Below, one piece after another: positions 16,839 to 20,000 of a stretch of 20,000 nt of DNA. How positions within the stretch are numbered: position 1 is the first letter of the stretch; every line of letters starts with the position of its first letter. Origin of the DNA: an uncultured virus (IMG/VR IMGVR_UViG_3300009104_000011) (Duplodnaviria; Heunggongvirae; Uroviricota; Caudoviricetes); the IMG/VR virus record IMGVR_UViG_3300009104_000011; one strand, written 5' to 3'. The position numbers were made by a program, and so were the translations under genes. Below the pieces are notes generated by a model. That model saw only the letters and a list, made by a program, of their open reading frames with translations, was not told the DNA's origin and did no database searches.

Positions 16839-19800
16839 ATGGTTGATGCATTCTCAGAGGGCTTTTTCGGGGACAATCCCGACGAAGATTCAGTAAAGAA
16901 AGTGCTTGGCCCATACAAGAATAACATTCGTACACATACGTTGGAGCATTACGAACTCTATGCAAACTCGCATAACAAGGCAGCACTAACTGCTCACCAG
17001 TTGCTGTATTATCACGTCTACGGCGACTATCGTCTTACTCTAGATTCAGACGGTAAGCCTAGATTCATCTACAGAACCCGTAAGGAAACAGAAGTGAGAC
17101 CGACTCTGCTTGGTCCTAACGGTCTTTGTAATAACGATGACTTGCGTAAAGAGTTCTTTCTCAACGCACATCTTAGCGACGAGTATAGAGAAGCCGAAGA
17201 AAGGCGTTTGTCGGAGGCGTACGGAAAGAAGGATGAAAGGTTGGGAGTAATCAGCGGGATATACGACCAAGTTACTGACGAAGGTGGAATGAGTCACGAT
17301 ATTGATTCAGTCCCTTGGCTCAATACGGAGATGACAAAACAGGGTACTGGGTCGCTGTTTAACTTACCAAGTATTGGAACCCAGATTGTTAAACTTCATA
17401 GTTACGGTAACGCATCTGAGGGGATTAAGAAAGCACTCATTGGCGAGTTGGATGAGTTAGTTGAATACTATGATGACAGTGAGTGGAATCACCCTAATGT
17501 TTTCTTCGACCAAGATGATGATGAATTAATGGAGTTACTGAATGGTACCCTTCCACCAGACTCAAATGAAAGAATTACAGAAGATAATCTAAATGAATCA
17601 ATTCCAGGTTTACTGGCGGTATTTGTTACATCACTTTTGTCCAATATAGAGTATGAAGACATACCAAATAAGGCAAGATTGCCTCAGAACTTAATGAGAA
17701 CGCTTAGAAACATATATCGAGATGAAAATCAATACGATATGTTTGATGCTAACACAGCAATGGTAAATGCGTTGTTTCAGAATACAGGAAAGGTCTTCGA
17801 TAACGGAGAAAGAGTGACACTGGCAGGCTCTGTTTCAGATGATGTTATCACTGCTATAGCACGCCAATTCTTCGGGCCTGATTCCGGAGACGTCGATGCC
17901 GATGACGTAGAACGGGTTGAAAACTCGTCTTACACCGTACAGGGTTACGAATCTGACAATCCTAATCAGCGATACAATGGCTATACTTTAGCAGCAATAG
18001 ATTTAGTTTCTGGAGCGGCCACAACTATAGTTTTTGATGAGGCATGGCAAGAAGCAACAGGCGAAGAGCCACATATGTTCAAGCCACACGAATTGGTTAA
18101 GGAAGATTTGACTTTAGATCTATCTGGCGATGGAGATGTCAAAAAGACTGGAAAGAAGAAAAAGAAAGGTAAAGGTGGAAAGGCAACACTGGAGCCTGTT
18201 TTGATTCTCTTTCAGAGAATAATGATGGATACTTTCTGTGCGATTCAAATCTTGTGCGAACTAAGCAGTGAATACAACGATACGAACCCAAAAGGTGAAG
18301 CAAAGATTCGCTACCTTTCAAAAGGCGTAAACACGTACTCGACGACCACAGGACAAAAGAAGGGGAAGAAGAAGAAAATTAAGATGCGCGACGTGTATCA
18401 TACTTTCCCTAACATGACAACTTTCAATCGTACAGCAATTGGAAATATAGAGCCGGATGACAAGAAACTCGATGGGAATCTTGGTTATTTGGATAAACTG
18501 GAAAAGTGGAGAACATATTACACGCTATCGATTTTAGCGCAGATTCGTAAGAAAACTGTCGATAGACAGCACATGGATGACTTCTATTCAAATGATTTGT
18601 TGGTTAAGGAAGTAGAATGGTTGTCGGCTGCACTTGGAGATGGTGCTAAGGTACTGCGTAAGAAAACAGACCCGACTGATTTACTCTCTCAAGTTCAATA
18701 TACTTACGTCAGGGGTGTCCCAAGAGATGATCAAGACAAGCCTTTACTACAGCAAACAGCAGAGGCACCAAAGACAACGGTATTTTACGAAGTGGATATG
18801 CCGTTGATAAAAGAAGTAATCTCGACCTACATTGATGTTTACAATAGAACTGTATTGGCGAGGGCATTCAATGTAGAAAGCAGATTTACTACAGAAACTA
18901 TTCCAGTTGCAGATGGTGGTTCACCAGAGATAATTGATTTACTTAGGATGGCAAAGCAAGCCAGAACTGATGGTAAAAACGCTGAGAAGAGCCGCCTAGT
19001 TGGTCAAGCAATGCGTATGCAACCAAGCCAATTCCGTGTGGATGAACCCTATGGAAAGGGAAATACGCGACCCGAAGAGCAAGATTCATTCCCCGGCGTT
19101 AGTTACTTACCAACTGGACATAGATTCCAATTCCACGTAGATACGAAAGACATACCATCTGATATCAATCGAGCAAATGAAATCGAACTAGTAGATAGAC
19201 ATGGTAATGCCCTCACATTAGGAGCGCCTGCAGGAGCAGATGGAGTGGCAGTAGACGAGATTAAATTACGGGTTAAGAAGCCTACTAAGCCACCAGCAGA
19301 AGCAGACTTAGCCAAAACTATTTGGAACTCAATACGTGATAGAAGTCAAGGTGTTTTTGACATCGAGGGAGTTGAGCCACACGAGTTTATGAATCATCTT
19401 TTCAATGAAATGGATAGCCAGTTAGACAGATCAAACATAATCAAGTCGCCTTACCCCGAGTCATGGTTGGGAACCAACATAGTTGAAAGACTTAGAAACG
19501 ATCCAAATAAACTTGGAGAGGTAATCGAAAGGCAGTATTATGCTGAGAAGATGAAGGAATACGTAGAGGCTTTGAAAGGAAAATACATGAATAATTACAT
19601 GATTCCCAGTGTTCTCTTGACCACAATCGAAGCGGCTAAAATAAAGTATGCAAAGGACCCAATGGCATTGAAAACGTCATTTATGGACCGACTTGCTAAA
19701 GACGCGGCGAGTCCTCAGTTAGTTACAACGGATTACATTCTGCGTCCTTACGCAATTACCATCGCAATTATGCGAGCAATCATTTCAATTCCCGAAGGAG

Positions 19801-20000
19801 ACCGAGATGCATACGTTGCAGGTGAAATAGATGACACAATGCGAAGAGATATTCGCAGCCAAATGTATCATAATTTAATCGCACCGATTTTGCCTGAGGA
19901 ACACCCGTTGTATGAACCAAGGCCAGAAATTCCACCCATTCCATCTAGCGGCGCGACAACTCCAGTTGCACCTACACAAGAAACTACACAAGAAACTACA
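16839..20000 (+). CDS. Very large hypothetical protein, at least 1054 aa, 3'-truncated (not in ORF track)
   Basis: GGAGGT SD at 16832-16837. Hand translation MVDAFSEGFFGDNPDEDSV...PTQETTQETT shows no stop to the window end. Acidic N-terminal part with Lys-rich inserts. Confidence 0.85.
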   Translation, partial: MVDAFSEGFFGDNPDEDSVKKVLGPYKNNIRTHTLEHYELYANSHNKAALTAHQLLYYHVYGDYRLTLDSDGKPRFIYRTRKETEVRPTLLGPNGLCNNDDLRKEFFLNAHLSDEYREAEERRLSEAYGKKDERLGVISGIYDQVTDEGGMSHDIDSVPWLNTEMTKQGTGSLFNLPSIGTQIVKLHSYGNASEGIKKALIGELDELVEYYDDSEWNHPNVFFDQDDDELMELLNGTLPPDSNERITEDNLNESIPGLLAVFVTSLLSNIEYEDIPNKARLPQNLMRTLRNIYRDENQYDMFDANTAMVNALFQNTGKVFDNGERVTLAGSVSDDVITAIARQFFGPDSGDVDADDVERVENSSYTVQGYESDNPNQRYNGYTLAAIDLVSGAATTIVFDEAWQEATGEEPHMFKPHELVKEDLTLDLSGDGDVKKTGKKKKKGKGGKATLEPVLILFQRIMMDTFCAIQILCELSSEYNDTNPKGEAKIRYLSKGVNTYSTTTGQKKGKKKKIKMRDVYHTFPNMTTFNRTAIGNIEPDDKKLDGNLGYLDKLEKWRTYYTLSILAQIRKKTVDRQHMDDFYSNDLLVKEVEWLSAALGDGAKVLRKKTDPTDLLSQVQYTYVRGVPRDDQDKPLLQQTAEAPKTTVFYEVDMPLIKEVISTYIDVYNRTVLARAFNVESRFTTETIPVADGGSPEIIDLLRMAKQARTDGKNAEKSRLVGQAMRMQPSQFRVDEPYGKGNTRPEEQDSFPGVSYLPTGHRFQFHVDTKDIPSDINRANEIELVDRHGNALTLGAPAGADGVAVDEIKLRVKKPTKPPAEADLAKTIWNSIRDRSQGVFDIEGVEPHEFMNHLFNEMDSQLDRSNIIKSPYPESWLGTNIVERLRNDPNKLGEVIERQYYAEKMKEYVEALKGKYMNNYMIPSVLLTTIEAAKIKYAKDPMALKTSFMDRLAKDAASPQLVTTDYILRPYAITIAIMRAIISIPEGDRDAYVAGEIDDTMRRDIRSQMYHNLIAPILPEEHPLYEPRPEIPPIPSSGATTPVAPTQETTQETT
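19972..20000 (+). repeat. 12-bp tandem repeat ACACAAGAAACT (TQET), at least 2 copies, cut by the window end
   Basis: Units at 19974-19985 and 19986-19997, plus a partial unit. Confidence 0.7.

Larger units (their letters stand above)
1..20000 (+). mobile_element. Segment of a virus/provirus genome, probably archaeal host; putative virion morphogenesis/structural module
   Basis: Near-contiguous co-oriented ORFans with coupled stop/start junctions, RusA, a transglutaminase-like enzyme, many small membrane proteins and basic DNA-binding-like proteins. No cellular housekeeping genes. No MCP, ATPase or integrase recognised, so the call is inferred. Confidence 0.75.

Noticed and set aside
19050..19070. 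YGKGNT and other GK motifs as a possible Walker A
   Set aside because: They do not fit GxxxxGK[ST]; no ATPase is recognisable in the window.
781..19315. Numerous short minus-strand and alternate-frame ORFs in the track
   Set aside because: All lie within long + strand genes (or rusA), lack SD motifs and have shadow-ORF composition.
1..20000. CRISPR array, tRNA/rRNA, IS element, integrase, major capsid protein
   Set aside because: No repeat-spacer structure or noncoding space, and no motif supporting these calls.

Overview
This is a gene-dense, almost entirely + strand block of a probably archaeal virus or provirus. The host inference rests on GGTGA-type Shine-Dalgarno motifs and TATA-like boxes about 27-28 nt upstream of leaderless starts. 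Three products are recognisable: a RusA-family Holliday-junction resolvase (the only credible - strand gene), a transglutaminase-fold cysteine enzyme (C105-H138-E160), and a Zn-ribbon/HAD-phosphatase/Nudix multidomain protein. The rest are large ORFans and about eight membrane-anchored proteins, which looks like a virion morphogenesis module of a membrane-containing virus, although no capsid protein or packaging ATPase is recognisable in the window. The main finding is two short peptide motifs repeated across otherwise unrelated proteins. (i) R-x-N-P, with K/L variants, sits at the domain boundaries of the HAD-Nudix protein and recurs in the putative core proteins. (ii) Hydrophobic-x-G-[LFI]-G matches the adenain cleavage consensus and is concentrated in membrane-tailed proteins and in the transglutaminase-like enzyme itself. 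Together they suggest an undescribed virion polyprotein-processing system. Two genes missed by the ORF track (2601..2759 and 16839..>20000) are added.
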